Part shown: piece by piece, positions 37,681 through 51,857 of the stretch
How the letters are laid out: each line of letters begins with the position of its first letter
How positions within the stretch are numbered: the stretch's first letter is position 1
NCBI GenBank assembly: GCA_951406725.2
Contig: OX597823.1
Span: 86,986,001-87,050,000, forward strand
Reading direction: 5' to 3'
Length of the DNA stretch: 64,000 nucleotides
Source: Octopus vulgaris
Lineage: Eukaryota
The notes under the pieces: model-generated
What the model saw: the letters and a program-made list of their open reading frames with translations, nothing else
Databases searched by the model: none
Told to the model about the DNA's origin: nothing
Position numbers and translations under genes: made by a program

Positions 37681-38396
37681 AATTTGAACTCAAGACGTTA
37701 AGACGGACGAAATGCCAATAAGCATTTTGTGCGGCATGCTAACGATTTCGCCAACTTGCTGCTTTTAGTCAGCTGTAATAATGGTTTGAAATCATTGGGA
37801 TTTTTAAGGAGCTATCCCAGTATCTCACAGGCAATTTCTCTTTCGATGATTTTGGCACAAGGCCAGCAAATTTGGGGGCCGGATTAAGTCGATTATATCG
37901 ATCCCAGTGTTCAAATGGTACTTATTTTATCAAACCCGAAAGAGTGAAAGATAAAGTCGACCGCACAGTCATTCGTACTCGTCACGTAAACACAAACGAA
38001 ATGGCGCTAAGCATTTTGCTTTTCGGCGCGCCAAGAATTCTGTAACTCATTGCCTTTAGTCAGCAGTAATAATGAATGCTAATAAATGCTCCAAAGTAAG
38101 CACCAATCCATATATTTGTAATACCTTCCTTTTTTAATATCTGTGATACTCCGCAAAATACTCCCTAAAGTTAATGACTTCAATGCAAATGTTCCAGAAA
38201 TACATCATACAGGTTGTACCCCAGTATTACCGGAATTACGATAGTAAATATATGAAATTCGTAGAAAAAAAGGGAGGAAAAAACTAGACAAACTATTTTC
38301 TCGAAGAGTCAATCTGTTTCGAATTATCATTTACTTCTCAGTATATTATCTCTGGCAGAGTTATGAATCTTGAATTAAGGACTAAATGTTAACGAA

Positions 38397-38549
38397 GGCG
38401 CAGAAGTGGTTGTGTGGTAAGTAGCTTGCTTACCAACCACACGGTTCCGGGTTCAGTCCCACTGTGTGGCAAGTGTCTCCTACTATTGCCTCGGGCCGAC
38501 CAAAGCCTTGTGAGTGGATTTGGTAGACGGAAACTGAAAGAAGCCCGTC

Positions 38550-38597
<48 letters not shown>

Positions 38598-38810
38598 ACA
38601 TGTTTGAGTGTCTGTGTTTGAGCCCCTAACATCGCTTAACAACCGATGCTGGTGTATTTACGTCCCCGTAACTTAGCGCTTCGGCAAGAGAAACCGATAG
38701 AGTAAGTACTAAGCTTACAAAAATAAGTCCTGGGGTCGATTTGCTCGACTAAAAGTTGTGCTCCTGCATGGCCACTGTCAAATGACTGAAACAAGTAAAA
38801 GAGTAAAAGA
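38397..38810 (+). mobile_element. SINE family B
   Basis: Full head GGCGCAGAAGTGGTTGTGTGGTAAG..GGTTCAGTCCC through tail. Confidence 0.9.
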
Positions 38811-39125
38811 GAAGGCAAGGAATATATTGAAACGCTTTCTTTATCAAACTAATTTTGTTTACAAAAGACAACATTAACATCAGCAGCAGTAATGATAATA
38901 GACAACAAGACAATACCATCTTGTTTTCCTATGATATAATATATTCAACCCTTTAAGCTGTCAATCGACCACTTTTGAATTTGTAGTTCTCTTCTCTTCA
39001 TTCCTTGTAGTCTCATTCACTACAATGACCTCATGCCAGTTTGGGACAAAATCGTATGAAAAGATCGATGTCAGGGTAAAAATATGAGTAAATATTTGGA
39101 GATATTATAACTTCTCAACACAATA

Positions 39126-39545
39126 GGCGCAGGAGTGGCTGTATGGTAAATAACTTCCTTACCAACCACTTGGTTATGGGTTCAGTCCCACTTCGTGGTA
39201 CCTTGGGCAAGTGCCTTCTACTATAGCCTCGGCCCGACCAATGCCTTGTGAGTGGATTTGGTAGACGGAAACTAAAAGAAGCCCGTCGTATATATGTATA
39301 TATATGTGTGTGTGTGTGTGTATGATTGTGTGTCTGTGTTTGTCCACCTAGCATTGCTTGACAACCGATGCTGGTGTGTTTATGTCTCCGTCACTTAGCG
39401 GTTCGGCAAAAGAGAGCGATAGAATAGGTACTGGGCTTACAAAGAATAAGTGCCGGTGTCGATTCGCTCGACTAAAGGCAGTGCTCCTGTATGGCTGCAG
39501 TCAAATGACAGAAACAAGTAAAATAGTAAAAGATTAAAAAGAGTA
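39126..39545 (+). mobile_element. SINE family B
   Basis: Full head GGCGCAGGAGTGGCTG through tail. Confidence 0.9.
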
Positions 39546-39660
39546 ACACAAGCAATAGCAACGTACTAAATGCAACCGAGAAAATATTTTGTATTTGCCA
39601 CAGATGTTGCCTCGTCATAAGCTTGAAGTGCATGAAAAACGTTTCAGCGATTACATAAAT

Positions 39661-39961
39661 GTTTGTTCCTTCTCGAGCCATGCCTGGCTCATAAGGGCCG
39701 GTTACCCGGTTCCCTTGGCGTATAGGTTCCCAACCTGGACAGGACGCCGGTCGGTGGCAGGTGAACTGCAAGATGCTGGAGGAAAGAGTGTGAGAAAGTT
39801 GTGGCGAAAGAGTCAGCAGAAGTTCGCCATTACCTTCTGCCGGAGCCGCATCGAGCTTAGGTGTTTCGTTCATAAACTCACACATCGCCCGGTCTGAGAT
39901 TCGAACCCGCGATCCCTCGACCGCGAGTCGGCTGCTCTAACCATTATGCCATGTGCCTCCA
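39661..39961 (-). mobile_element. SINE related to family C with a different 3' tail
   Basis: Head GGAGGCACATGGCATAATGGTTAG..GGTTCGAATCTC; imperfect TSD CGATT(A/G)CA(T/G)AAAT at 39648-39660 and 39962-39974. Confidence 0.85.
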
Positions 39962-40583
39962 CGATTGCAGAAATAAATAAGATCCTTACACTTTTAACGT
40001 TAGATCCCTCTAAGTTGTGAAATTTTAATTCGAGATTGAAGATAAAATATTCAGAAATAACAAAGGAAAAATCATGAAATGCAGCATTCATAGCTACAAA
40101 TGCAACGTGAAATAGTCGTTAAAGTATTATTATGGTGAAGACTACATTTCTTCAGGAATATTGGTTGAAGTAAAGAACCGACATGCAAAGGAAGAAAACA
40201 ATATCTACCCGTCCAATTGTACATTTACATATTCTTCCTTAAATTCATTGTTGAATCCTAAGTGTGGGGAGCTAAATCATATTTTACAAATTACATCAAC
40301 TTCATTGTAACATTTCCAACTACTATGATTCGTTGAAAGGCTACTTTTGATGGTCAAAACTGTCTTCAGGGTGTTTTTTTATATTTTTTGGTAAATTCAT
40401 CCCACTTTAACAAGTCCACAAACCAAAATACTATATATTCTTTCATTTGTTTCCAATCATTAGACTGCGGCCATTCTGTAGCACCTACTTGAAATTTTTT
40501 TTCCAACAAATCGTTCCTGCATTATTTACATTATTTACATAATTTACATTCGACGGATGTTTGTCCTCATCTTGTTTGTTGTT

Positions 40584-40629
40584 AACACAACGTTTCGGCT
40601 CATATACCCTCCAGCCTTCATCAGGTGTC
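40584..40629 (-). ncRNA. Minimal type I hammerhead ribozyme, fully canonical core
   Basis: GACAC-CTGATGA-A-GGCT..AGCC-GAAAC-GTT-GTGTT; palindromic AACGTT stem III; GUU cleavage triplet. Confidence 0.78.
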
Positions 40630-40767
40630 TTGGGGAAAATCTCTAACCTGGGTTCTCATTCCTAAGGTATTTTTCGATGCTATTATTATTATTGTTAATG
40701 TTCCGAGTTCGATTCCAAGCAGTGACCTGATCGCCAACAACAACAATAATAATAATGATGATAATAA

Positions 40768-40854
<87 letters not shown>

Positions 40855-40912
40855 CTTCAACAACAACGAAAAATACCTTAGGAATGAGAACCCAGGTTCG
40901 AAATTTCCTCAA

Positions 40913-40958
40913 GACACCTGAAGAAGGCTGGAGGTTATGTCAGCCGAAACATTGTGTT
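40913..40958 (+). ncRNA. Minimal type I hammerhead ribozyme (stem III variant)
   Basis: GACAC-CTGAAGA-A-GGCTG..CAGCC-GAAAC-ATT-GTGTT. Confidence 0.65.
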
Positions 40959-41043
40959 AACAAACAAGATGAGGACAAGTATCCGTCGAATTTAAATAAT
41001 GTAAATAATGTACAGAAATCCTCATCTCTTAAATATAGAACTG

Positions 41044-41192
41044 AAATCGTTCCTAGTGTTTAGTTTTTCAAATCCGGTATTTGTTTTCTATCGGACTCTT
41101 TTACCAAACCGCTAAGTGACGTAGATACACCAACGTCGGTTGTCAAGCGGTGCTGGAGAACAAACACAGACACAAAGACACCCACCTGCACG

Positions 41193-41238
<46 letters not shown>

Positions 41239-41408
41239 ACATGCTTCTTTCAGTTTCCGTCTACCAAATCCACTCACAAGGTTTTAGTAGGTCTGGGGCT
41301 ATAGCAGAAAACGATTACACACTTACGAAAGGTGCTACGCAGTGGTACTGAACCGTGGTCCATGCGGTTGAGAAGCAAGCTTCTTACCACACAGCCACGC
41401 CTGCGCCT
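41044..41408 (-). mobile_element. SINE family B 5' part (tail at ~40440-40518, split by the family D dimer)
   Basis: Head ends CACAGCCACGCCTGCGCC; the tail segment resumes left of 40519. Confidence 0.8.
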
Positions 41409-43544
41409 ACATTAAGAAAAAAAAACAAAGCTTCATTATTTTCTTGTGTACAATTTAAAATTTTCTATCAATGTGTTTTGTACCATTAAATAATTGTCTC
41501 ACTCACTCTTTCATTGTCATCCATTCCCTCTCCATTCAGCATTGAAATATTCCCTGTATCACAAGTACACATGGGGGTTTTCCCTGGCTCTTCCCCAACT
41601 ACTGATGTTTCTCTCTATTTTTTTTTTCTTTTTGTTTCTTTCCATCACTTCAAGAGACTGTCCAATGTCTTGTTTACACCCTTTAGCGTCTATTTTCTCG
41701 CCTTATCTGTCTACAAATGTTCTCCGTTTCTTCACATCATCTTACAAACCGCCACATCCTCCCCCTTCCTTTCGTAATTCTCCTCCTCATCCTCCCCCTC
41801 TTTTTTCTTATATGTTCTATTTGTCTCTTTGATGCACATCCTTGTCTGTTGTCAAAAATTTTGCTTGATTGAACTGAATATCTCGTAATTCCCCCTCCTC
41901 TTCCCACTCCCCTCTACCTTCTCCCAACCTCCACAGCCATTAGCAGCCATTGCTTTATCTCAACTAAGAGTCCGTGTGAAAATGTGTCCTTATTTCTATC
42001 TGCACCTGCTCTATCAAAAACAGCAATTTTATCTTCTTTTCTCGTTTTCTTTTTCGCTGTTTCATCCCAAAGTGTTTATATTCTAGTCCTTACTGAACAC
42101 TTCAATTGTTATAATCTATTCTCTTCGCTCCTTTTTCTTTGCCCAGTTTTCCTCGTATTTTTCTCTTCTATTTAGCAGTTAGATTAAAAGGCTTTGTTTT
42201 GCATTGTAATTACAGATTTTTTTTTCATGTAACATACCTCTTACTGTTAAAATCCACACTCACATCATCATTCTGCTTTCTTTTCTTCCTTAAGTTCATT
42301 TTAAATGGGTAAATCGTAAAAACCAATAAACAAACAAAATGAACGACGTTATTTGCAGATGTTTCAATTTATTCGGAAATATGGCGTGTTATTACTATGA
42401 TTTTTTTTTAGCATTATATGCATCGAAGGCTAAAACATGTAAAATGATGCACAAGTATTTAAATCATAGTCTCTAAAGCTTCAATAACACTAAAAATAAA
42501 ATAAAATATAACAAAGGAAAACAACAACTGTATCTGTTCTATACCAAGCAACCGCAAATGTATTTTATTCCCCCCACCTTTGTAGCGCTTATAAAATAGC
42601 AAAAAATTACTGTTGTCAGAAAATCAAACAAAATTTGATAAACAGCAGCGGCACAGCAATAACAATCTTCCTTGTTTAAGGTAATTTATTAAAAATCATT
42701 CAATCAGATCAAGTATTCATTTTTACGGTGTTATGCTATTATAAGTTTTTCGCAAGATTTTTTTTAAAGTCAGTTTTTCGTACTGGTGGGGAGGCAAGAA
42801 TAATTGCTTCCTGACGAAATAATAAAATAATTCATTCGGAATTTTGATTCCTGTCTTCTAGTTTCCATAATGTGTTAGATTTCATTAGATTAGCGGATTT
42901 TTTAGTACATTACATAGAATGTCTTCCACTGGTATTTCATCCGACATTTTCTTTTGTGACAATAACTACGATGACACGCACCAAGTAGTATCAGCCCTTT
43001 ACTTTATCTTACACAACTGTAGTGGTGCATAGATGAGAGCCTTACATTCATGGATAATTGAAAGCCTTCCATGATAAAACATCCTTGTCTCTATGGCTTT
43101 GATGATGAACTGACCATTTGCAAATCCTTGGCCTCACAAAAGTACGGAGGAAACGGTAATCTTTATAGAATAATTATTAATTCTTAAGGTGTTGTGCTTT
43201 TGGTCTGTGGAGCCATAATTTATGAAGATGCAAAGGAAAAATCAAAATGTTAAGATATCGAACTACTTTCTACTGTAATTTGGTAAGACTATGTTCCTAA
43301 CTTTTAGAGAGAATACTGTTTAGTATGTATTAAAATGAATCGAAAATTACTCTAAAACGTTTAGGGAACAAAGTTCAAATCTCTGACATATCAAAAAGGA
43401 TATCAAATAGAAAGGCAGGAAAGAAAGGGAGGACGAGGAAGAGGAGGAAGTGAAGAAGGAAAGACTAATAACAGCAATAGTAATAATAATAGCCTTAGAT
43501 ATAATAATAAGAGAGGGATAGCAAGCACCAGCAGCAGCAGCAAC

Positions 43545-43580
<36 letters not shown>

Positions 43581-44485
43581 TTGTATTAAGATTTAACACT
43601 AATTTTGGGGTGCGTCTTATACAGGCGTAAATACAGTCATTTAAATATTGGTTTAAAATTTTAGCATAAAGCCAAAAATTTCGGGACGAGGGAGTAAGGT
43701 GATAACATCAACCCCAGTGTTAAACTTGTTCGTATTTTCTTATTGACCCCCGAACGGATAAAAGATAAAGTTTTACCTAGGCATAATTTGAACACAACGA
43801 AAAAAAAAAACAGACGAAATATCGCTAAGCGTTTTGCTCGTTGCTCTAATTGAAATATTAACAACGCGCTATTATGACATGGAAAGAAAATAATTATAAA
43901 AAAAATAAATAAACAAGGTAAAAATCAAGATCTTAGGAATACGATAAATCAATAGGTACATTAAAATCACTGCAAAATATACAACTGCAAGTGATAGACA
44001 AATATTATCACACACAACGAACTAGATATATACGAATAGTTCAGTCAATACTTATTTTTACTTAATGCATATTGTAAAGTTTTCTGTCAACACAGTTATT
44101 AAATACAAACGTGTTTGGTGCGTGTCTTTTATCGTCACCTAGCAAACTCATCTCGCTCATATTTACTTTCCGTAAGCTGTATATTTGAAGTAAATATATT
44201 ATATTGTATGCGTCCACTTTGGTTTATTCACACAAGTTACAGTGCTAAAATTTATCACAGTCATTAGGGTATTACATTGCGTTTATACTGAAAAGTCGAT
44301 GTTTTACAACGAACCAGTCGGATTGTGTTTCCTTTTGTTTTTATTATTGGTGCTTTGATATTTATGCAAAGGAAGACATTTGAGAACATACTGCACAGAG
44401 AATATAGCTAATGATAGTTATATATAATGCATTTGAAATTTTAGAGTCATATATATATATATAAATATATATATATGTATGTATG

Positions 44486-44517
<32 letters not shown>

Positions 44518-44532
44518 TATATATATATATAC

Positions 44533-44599
<67 letters not shown>

Positions 44600-44925
44600 C
44601 TAATAGATGAGGGTGCAAAATTGGAGAGATGTACTCGCAGAATGATGTAGTTTGATAAAACGTTCTCACGTGATTTCGAAATTTGATCAATACGATCTGG
44701 TTTCTCGTCTGAAGTTTCTACTATTACTCCGTGTTAAAAGAAATAACCAGCCTCTCATTCGTTCATGAGAAGAAAAAACAAAACACTGAAAAACGAGCGC
44801 TAAAATTTAAAATGCTTAAAGTGTATAGTAACAAGCAATAAGATGTTATAAAAATATGTTAACATATTAAGATATAAGATGGCTATAGTAATTATATATG
44901 TGTATACACACACACACACACACGC

Positions 44926-44960
<35 letters not shown>

Positions 44961-45241
44961 CACAAACACATACACACGCACGTACTCACATATTAATGCT
45001 TGTTTTTATGTTCACTTATAATTAAAACAGATTTTTCATTAACCGATGGCGTATACATTGTAAAACATTGTGAGTCAAGAATTTTTCATTGGGTTTCAGT
45101 CTTCTAAACATTATGGATCTCCATTGCTTCATATATCTATACAATAATGAAGAAAGCTACTAATAAATTAGTTTGGAGTGTGTAATTTTACACTGTCTAA
45201 AAAATTCTTAAAAATTGTAAATATAACTTTTTTTTTTATAA

Positions 45242-45640
45242 AGGTGGCAAGCCGGCAGAAACGTTAGCCCGCCGGGCGAAATACGTAGCACTATTTTGTC
45301 TGCGGTTACGTTCTGAGTTCAAATTCCGCCGAGGTCGACTTTGCCTTTCATCCATTCAGGGTCGATAAATTAAGTACCAGTTACGCACTAAAGTCGATGT
45401 AATTGACTTAATCCGTTTGTCTGTCCTTGTTTGTCCCCTCTGTGTTTAGCCCCTTGTGGTTAGTAAAGAAATTGGTATTTCCTCTGTCTTTACGTGCTGA
45501 ATTCAAAATCCGCCGACGTAGATTTTGCCTTTTATCCTTTCGGGGTAGATAAATTAAGTACCATTTGCGTACTAGGGTCGATCTAGTCGTCTGCCCCCAC
45601 CTCCCACAAAATTTCGGGCCTTGTTCCTAGAGTAGAGAAG
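45242..45640 (+). mobile_element. SINE family A dimer (tail 1 unit + tail 2 unit)
   Basis: Full head GGTGGCAAGCCGGCAGAAACGTTAG; two bodies. Confidence 0.9.
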
Positions 45641-46021
45641 AATATTATTTTTCATCAAAATATTTTTTTCAAGTGTTGAACATTACAACTACAGAAAACT
45701 AATTTTAATTTACTGCCAGATGTCAGTTTTTTTTTTTTAAATGTGCATTTTTTTAACACTGCGACATAGCGTTCCTTCTTTGTGTTTTTTCGTTTTCATA
45801 CACTGCATGGCTCTACCTTCTAGATATATATATATATATCTGTAAAATCACAAATCCAAATTATATGTTTCATCTAGCGTCATAAAAATTAGGTTGACTC
45901 CATTAACTTTTCATATTTCTTGTTCCTTTGCAGCAATAGAAATCTGAAAAAAGTGGATTCAACTTGTATCTGCCAACAGTGCAAACCATGTCTTCGTTTT
46001 CTTAATATGAAATATGAATCG

Positions 46022-46237
46022 ACGGCGGCGAGTTGATAGAATCGTTAATGCGCCAAACAAAATGCTTAGTGGCTTTTTGTCCATGTTTATGATCTAAGCT
46101 CAAATTCCGCCAAGGATGACCTTGCCTTTCATTTCTTGGGTGTCGATGAATAAAGTTTCGGTCAAGTACAGCAGGTTGATGTGATCGACTTAATCGCGAA
46201 CCTCAAAATTTCAGGCCTTGAGCCTGTTGTAGAAATG

Positions 46238-46327
<90 letters not shown>

Positions 46328-46565
46328 GTTGTTGTTGTTGTTGATATTGATGAGGCGGCGAGCTGGCCGAATCGTTAGCACGCCGGGCAAACAGCTTAGT
46401 GGCATTTTACCCGTCCTTACGTTCTCAGTTCAAATTCCACCGAGATCGACTTTGTCTCTGATCTTTCCGGGTTCAATGAAATAAGTACCAGTTGCGCACT
46501 GGAGTCGATGTGATCGACTGGCCCTTCACCCCTCACTTTCAGGCTTTGTGCCTATAGTAGAAAGG

Positions 46566-46567
<2 letters not shown>
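46022..46567 (+). mobile_element. Two SINE family A copies (46022-46235, 46352-46567) with ATT/ATC tails
   Basis: GGCGGCGAGCTGG head, family A body, tail 2. Confidence 0.8.
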
Positions 46568-46619
<52 letters not shown>

Positions 46620-46621
46620 TT

Positions 46622-46750
46622 ATTTTTATAGCGTGCTTTCACTTCACTACCGAGCGCAGCTCTGTGTGCTTGTATGTGCTGTGATTTGTTGTGATGCTCT
46701 GATGGTTATTGTATGGAAAGTGTTCTGCGTAGGATGTGTGCAGTATAGTG
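46622..46750 (-). mobile_element. Short 3' end of a second R4/Dong-like LINE in (AAT)n
   Basis: Encodes TAHILRRTLSIQ*, homologous to the GTAHVLRRALSL* terminus at ~34760-34797. Confidence 0.65.
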
Positions 46751-46787
<37 letters not shown>

Positions 46788-46793
46788 TATATG

Positions 46794-46872
<79 letters not shown>

Positions 46873-46874
<2 letters not shown>

Positions 46875-47359
46875 GAGTGAGAGAGCCGTACAAACCAGCA
46901 AAGTGACACTGGGGTAAAATATACGAAGCCCAGTATACCCATCATGACTACCCGTCTGATAAGGGTACACCAGGCACATGCATCACAGCCATATGTGCGC
47001 GACATGGTGATCTCATATCAAGATAAACAGCACATGACCTTGCAAGTAGGGCCCTGTTAGAATTTTTTCTGGTTGAGTAGCCCATCCCGCTCAAAAGGTC
47101 CCTGAATAAGGATTGTTTAAGGATGTTGAACAAACAACCTACGTTTCCAAAGGTGAATAATCCAAACCTCCAAGAATTCCTTTCAACACACGGCTATGAT
47201 GCTCCCCCACTACTTCTGCTTGTGATCAGAGATACACATATCGTCAGCCACTAAGGGACATGGTCAAATGGTTAATGTCAAACAACTGACAATCAAATCT
47301 GTGGTACTGAGCAGAATATTTGCTGTCGCCCAACTTTTATACCAAGCCAAAACAATATA

Positions 47360-47360
<1 letters not shown>
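46873..47360. repeat. Unclassified ~480-bp interspersed repeat (second copy ~9011-9450 in a protease intron)
   Basis: ATTGAGTGAGAGAGC..AAAGTGACACTGG..TATACGAA.CCCA.TATACCC..GACTACCCGTCT shared between the two loci. Confidence 0.8.
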
Positions 47361-47398
<38 letters not shown>

Positions 47399-47400
47399 GA

Positions 47401-47890
<490 letters not shown>

Positions 47891-48059
47891 GGCAACCATT
47901 ATAAAATTTAATATAAGACCTTCTTCGTGTAGGCTGTAAATAACGAATCGTTAAATTGAAAACATAATCCATAGTCGTCAATCTAAGCTTTCAATCAGGC
48001 GCGGATTTTAAATGCGCATTTCGAGTTATTGAACTGAATGGTCTATACTGCTACTAATA

Positions 48060-48390
48060 AAGAACGAAATAATTGAAGAAAAGAGAGAAAGAAAGAAAGA
48101 AATATATGAAGAAAGAAAAAAAGAAAGAAAGAAAGGAACGAAAAAAAGAATGGAAGGAAGGAAGGAATGAAGAAAGTAGGAAGGCAGGAAGAAAGAACAA
48201 AAGGAAGAATGAAAGAAAGGAAGACACAAAGAGTAGAAGAAAGACGGAAAGGAAGGAAGGAAGGAAAAATATAGAAAGAAAGGAAGAAAGAAAGAAACTA
48301 ACAAAGAAACAGAGGAAGAATGAAAGAAAGAAAGAACGAAAGAAAGAAAGCATGGAAGAAAGAAAGAAAGAATAGAAGAAGGAAGATGGA

Positions 48391-48430
<40 letters not shown>

Positions 48431-48490
48431 AACAAACAAAGAAACAAACAAACAAACAAAGAAAGAAAGAAAGAAAGAAAGAAAGAAAAT
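48060..48490. repeat. Degenerate (GAAA)n purine tract
   Basis: Direct reading. Confidence 0.93.
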
Positions 48491-48845
48491 CATGTAATCT
48501 CATTATGTTACTGTAGAAAATAGATGATCACTTCCTGAGGACGGAAATATTACGCTGTTTTTTTCTCTTTTTTATTTTGTCCTTTTTCATCCTCGATTCT
48601 CCATAATTGCCCGCCACCCCACGATGCACGGAAGAACAGATTTGTCATCATAATTATATGATGGTATTAAACTTCAAGTAACACGAAGAAATTACGAGAT
48701 TATCTCGCCGTACGTGTGAAGTCAGGCTAAAAACTCTGAAATTGTAATGTTTTGCTTTTTTAATGAAAGTATATTCCACGTGAATATTATTTACTATACA
48801 ACTGTAAACAATGTCGTTCTGGGAGCTTTATGTGGGTGTGTGTTT

Positions 48846-48882
<37 letters not shown>

Positions 48883-49002
48883 CGAAGGAGAGAGAGAGGG
48901 TGGCAGAGAGAAAAATTACGTGTGCGCACGTGTTTTGAGTGTTGAAAAACCAACCTACTCCCTTTCCCTCACTCTTTCACTCGCTCTCAATCGATTTGTC
49001 GG

Positions 49003-49024
49003 TCTATCTATCTATCTATCTATA

Positions 49025-49123
<99 letters not shown>

Positions 49124-49526
49124 AGATCTAGCTATAGATCTATCTATCTATTTATCTATCTACCTATCTATCTATCGATATATGAGTGTTTGTGTGTGTA
49201 TAAGGTGACAGAAACATGCGTATATTATTTGTATATTTATACGCACATATAAAAATACACGTGCATACACGCGTGCTCAATCACGCACACGCATATACAA
49301 ACACACACATACATTGATATATATTTAATTATATATGTGCGCGTTGGCACGTGTGTGTGCGTATGTGTATATGTGTGTATGAGTAGAGAGAGTTAGACTG
49401 ATAGCAAGATAGATAGAAAAAGACATACAGAGAGATATAAAGGTAAATAGAGAGAGAGGAGAGAGTGACGGGATAGAGAGATAGACAGCTAGATAAACAC
49501 AGAAATATTGATTGATTGATAGATAT

Positions 49527-49587
<61 letters not shown>

Positions 49588-49684
49588 CAGATAGACAGAT
49601 AGATATATAGATAGATAAATAGATAGCTGAGTTGATATATAGATAGATAGATAAATAGATCTATAGATAGACAGACAGACAGAC

Positions 49685-49748
<64 letters not shown>

Positions 49749-49795
49749 GGATAGATAGATAGATAGATAGATAGCTAGATAGATAGATAGATAGA
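49003..49795. repeat. (TCTA)n and (TAGA)n tracts in opposite orientation
   Basis: TCTA run 49003-49180; TAGA run ~49510-49795. Confidence 0.93.
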
Positions 49796-49861
49796 GAGTG
49801 AGAGAGGGGGAGAGAGGGAGAGAGACAGACACACAGATCCATACATACATACATACATACA

Positions 49862-49892
<31 letters not shown>

Positions 49893-50548
49893 CTGTATAT
49901 GCCAGTGGTCATGTGCATGCGCATGCACGCGTGTATGTATACCATTATTTATTTACTTGTTTATCAAAGGTACATGTGAGTTCGAGGAAGCGTAGCTATT
50001 ACCAAGTCAGTAAATAATAGAAGGAAAGAAAAAAAAACCAGAAAATTGGTATCAATGTTTAAAGATAATAAATAAGCAATTCACAAGATTATCTTTTGTG
50101 TGTTGGTATAGACGAAAAACAGGAAGTAACATGTTTACATTGACTGACTTCTGTTTATTTTTTTTATTAATAATTGATCTGCCGTTTCGCGATGTATCTT
50201 AGCCGCCATTTTAGTTCGCATTCATTCCGCGCTATGCTACAGATAATTGCAATCGCGTGCTTGTCATTGCGTTTGATTTGCCTGAAGTGGAGCGATGTAT
50301 CAGAAAGAGTGTGAAAAAAGGAAGCTGGCACGGTCAGCATGCTAAACTTCAACAAACTGAAATGATACATTAACTAGGGTAGATCCAATTTCCCGCCTCG
50401 GTTAGTAAACACAAATTCCATTCATTACAAACAAGATTCACAGATAATATGAAAGGCGACTGTTATTGGTTTAATGTTGATTTTATTGATTTCAGTATAT
50501 ACAGACATATACATATACACACACACACATATGTGTGTATGTATGCGC

Positions 50549-50583
<35 letters not shown>

Positions 50584-50643
50584 CATGTGAGTATACATAT
50601 ATATCTAAACACGCATATATGTATGTACATGTGTATGTATATG

Positions 50644-50684
<41 letters not shown>

Positions 50685-50685
50685 G

Positions 50686-50772
<87 letters not shown>

Positions 50773-50896
50773 CTGTGTGTATCTTTGTGTGTGTGTGTGT
50801 GTGTGTAATTTTGTACTTGCTGATATCTCAACTTATTGAATGCATTTTATGCTTTTCTTCTTGTCTGCTTTTTGTACTACTGCTCATTTTTGGAAA

Positions 50897-50995
<99 letters not shown>

Positions 50996-51295
50996 CTCAT
51001 CCTTCTACCCTCCTCCTTCTCCTTCCTCTTATTACCCTCTTCCTTCTTCTCCTCCTTTTTATTTTGTCTCCTCCGTCTTTCTTCTTCCTGCTTCACCTTC
51101 TCTTTTTGAATTCCTTTCTTTGCCATTCTCTGCTCTCCAAAGAATGGCCTGTCTCGCTATACATTGTAAAATAGACCTAACATTACTGAAATTAAATTGA
51201 AAAATCTCATCAAAAGCACAATTAGCTATTAATTGAAGCGATAACAGAAAACTATCAATTTAGTTTCGAACGTTCCAGAATTTTTATAGGTTTTT

Positions 51296-51327
<32 letters not shown>

Positions 51328-51370
51328 CCTTTGGCTTCTCGTCGTCGTCCTCCTCCTCCCTCTTCTAATT

Positions 51371-51475
<105 letters not shown>

Positions 51476-51823
51476 GACATTATTAACCTTTTCATTATTG
51501 TCGCCTTCATTATGATTATTATTCTTATGATAATATTAATTGTTATTATTTTAGTATTACCAGTATTGTTTTCATTACTATTGTTATTGTTATAGAAGGT
51601 ATTATTAGCATTATTATTGTTGGTATTATTATCATCACTATTATTATTATTATCATCTTCATCATTATCATCGTCATCAACATCATCATCGTCATCATTG
51701 TTGCATTTATTATTCGTATTATGTGTTTGGTATTAATGTTGATGTTGTTGATGGTGCTTGAGGTGGCGTGGGCGGCCCAGTGTTGGCAGTGGTGGTTTTG
51801 GCGGCGAAGGAGTGTTGTTTTGG

Positions 51824-51857
<34 letters not shown>

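Larger units (their letters stand above)
40519..41043. mobile_element. Head-to-head inverted dimer of family D element, 11-bp TSD, inserted into a family B SINE
   Basis: Minus copy 40519-40680, plus copy 40698-41043; AAATCGTTCCT at 40508-40518 and 41044-41054. Confidence 0.85.
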
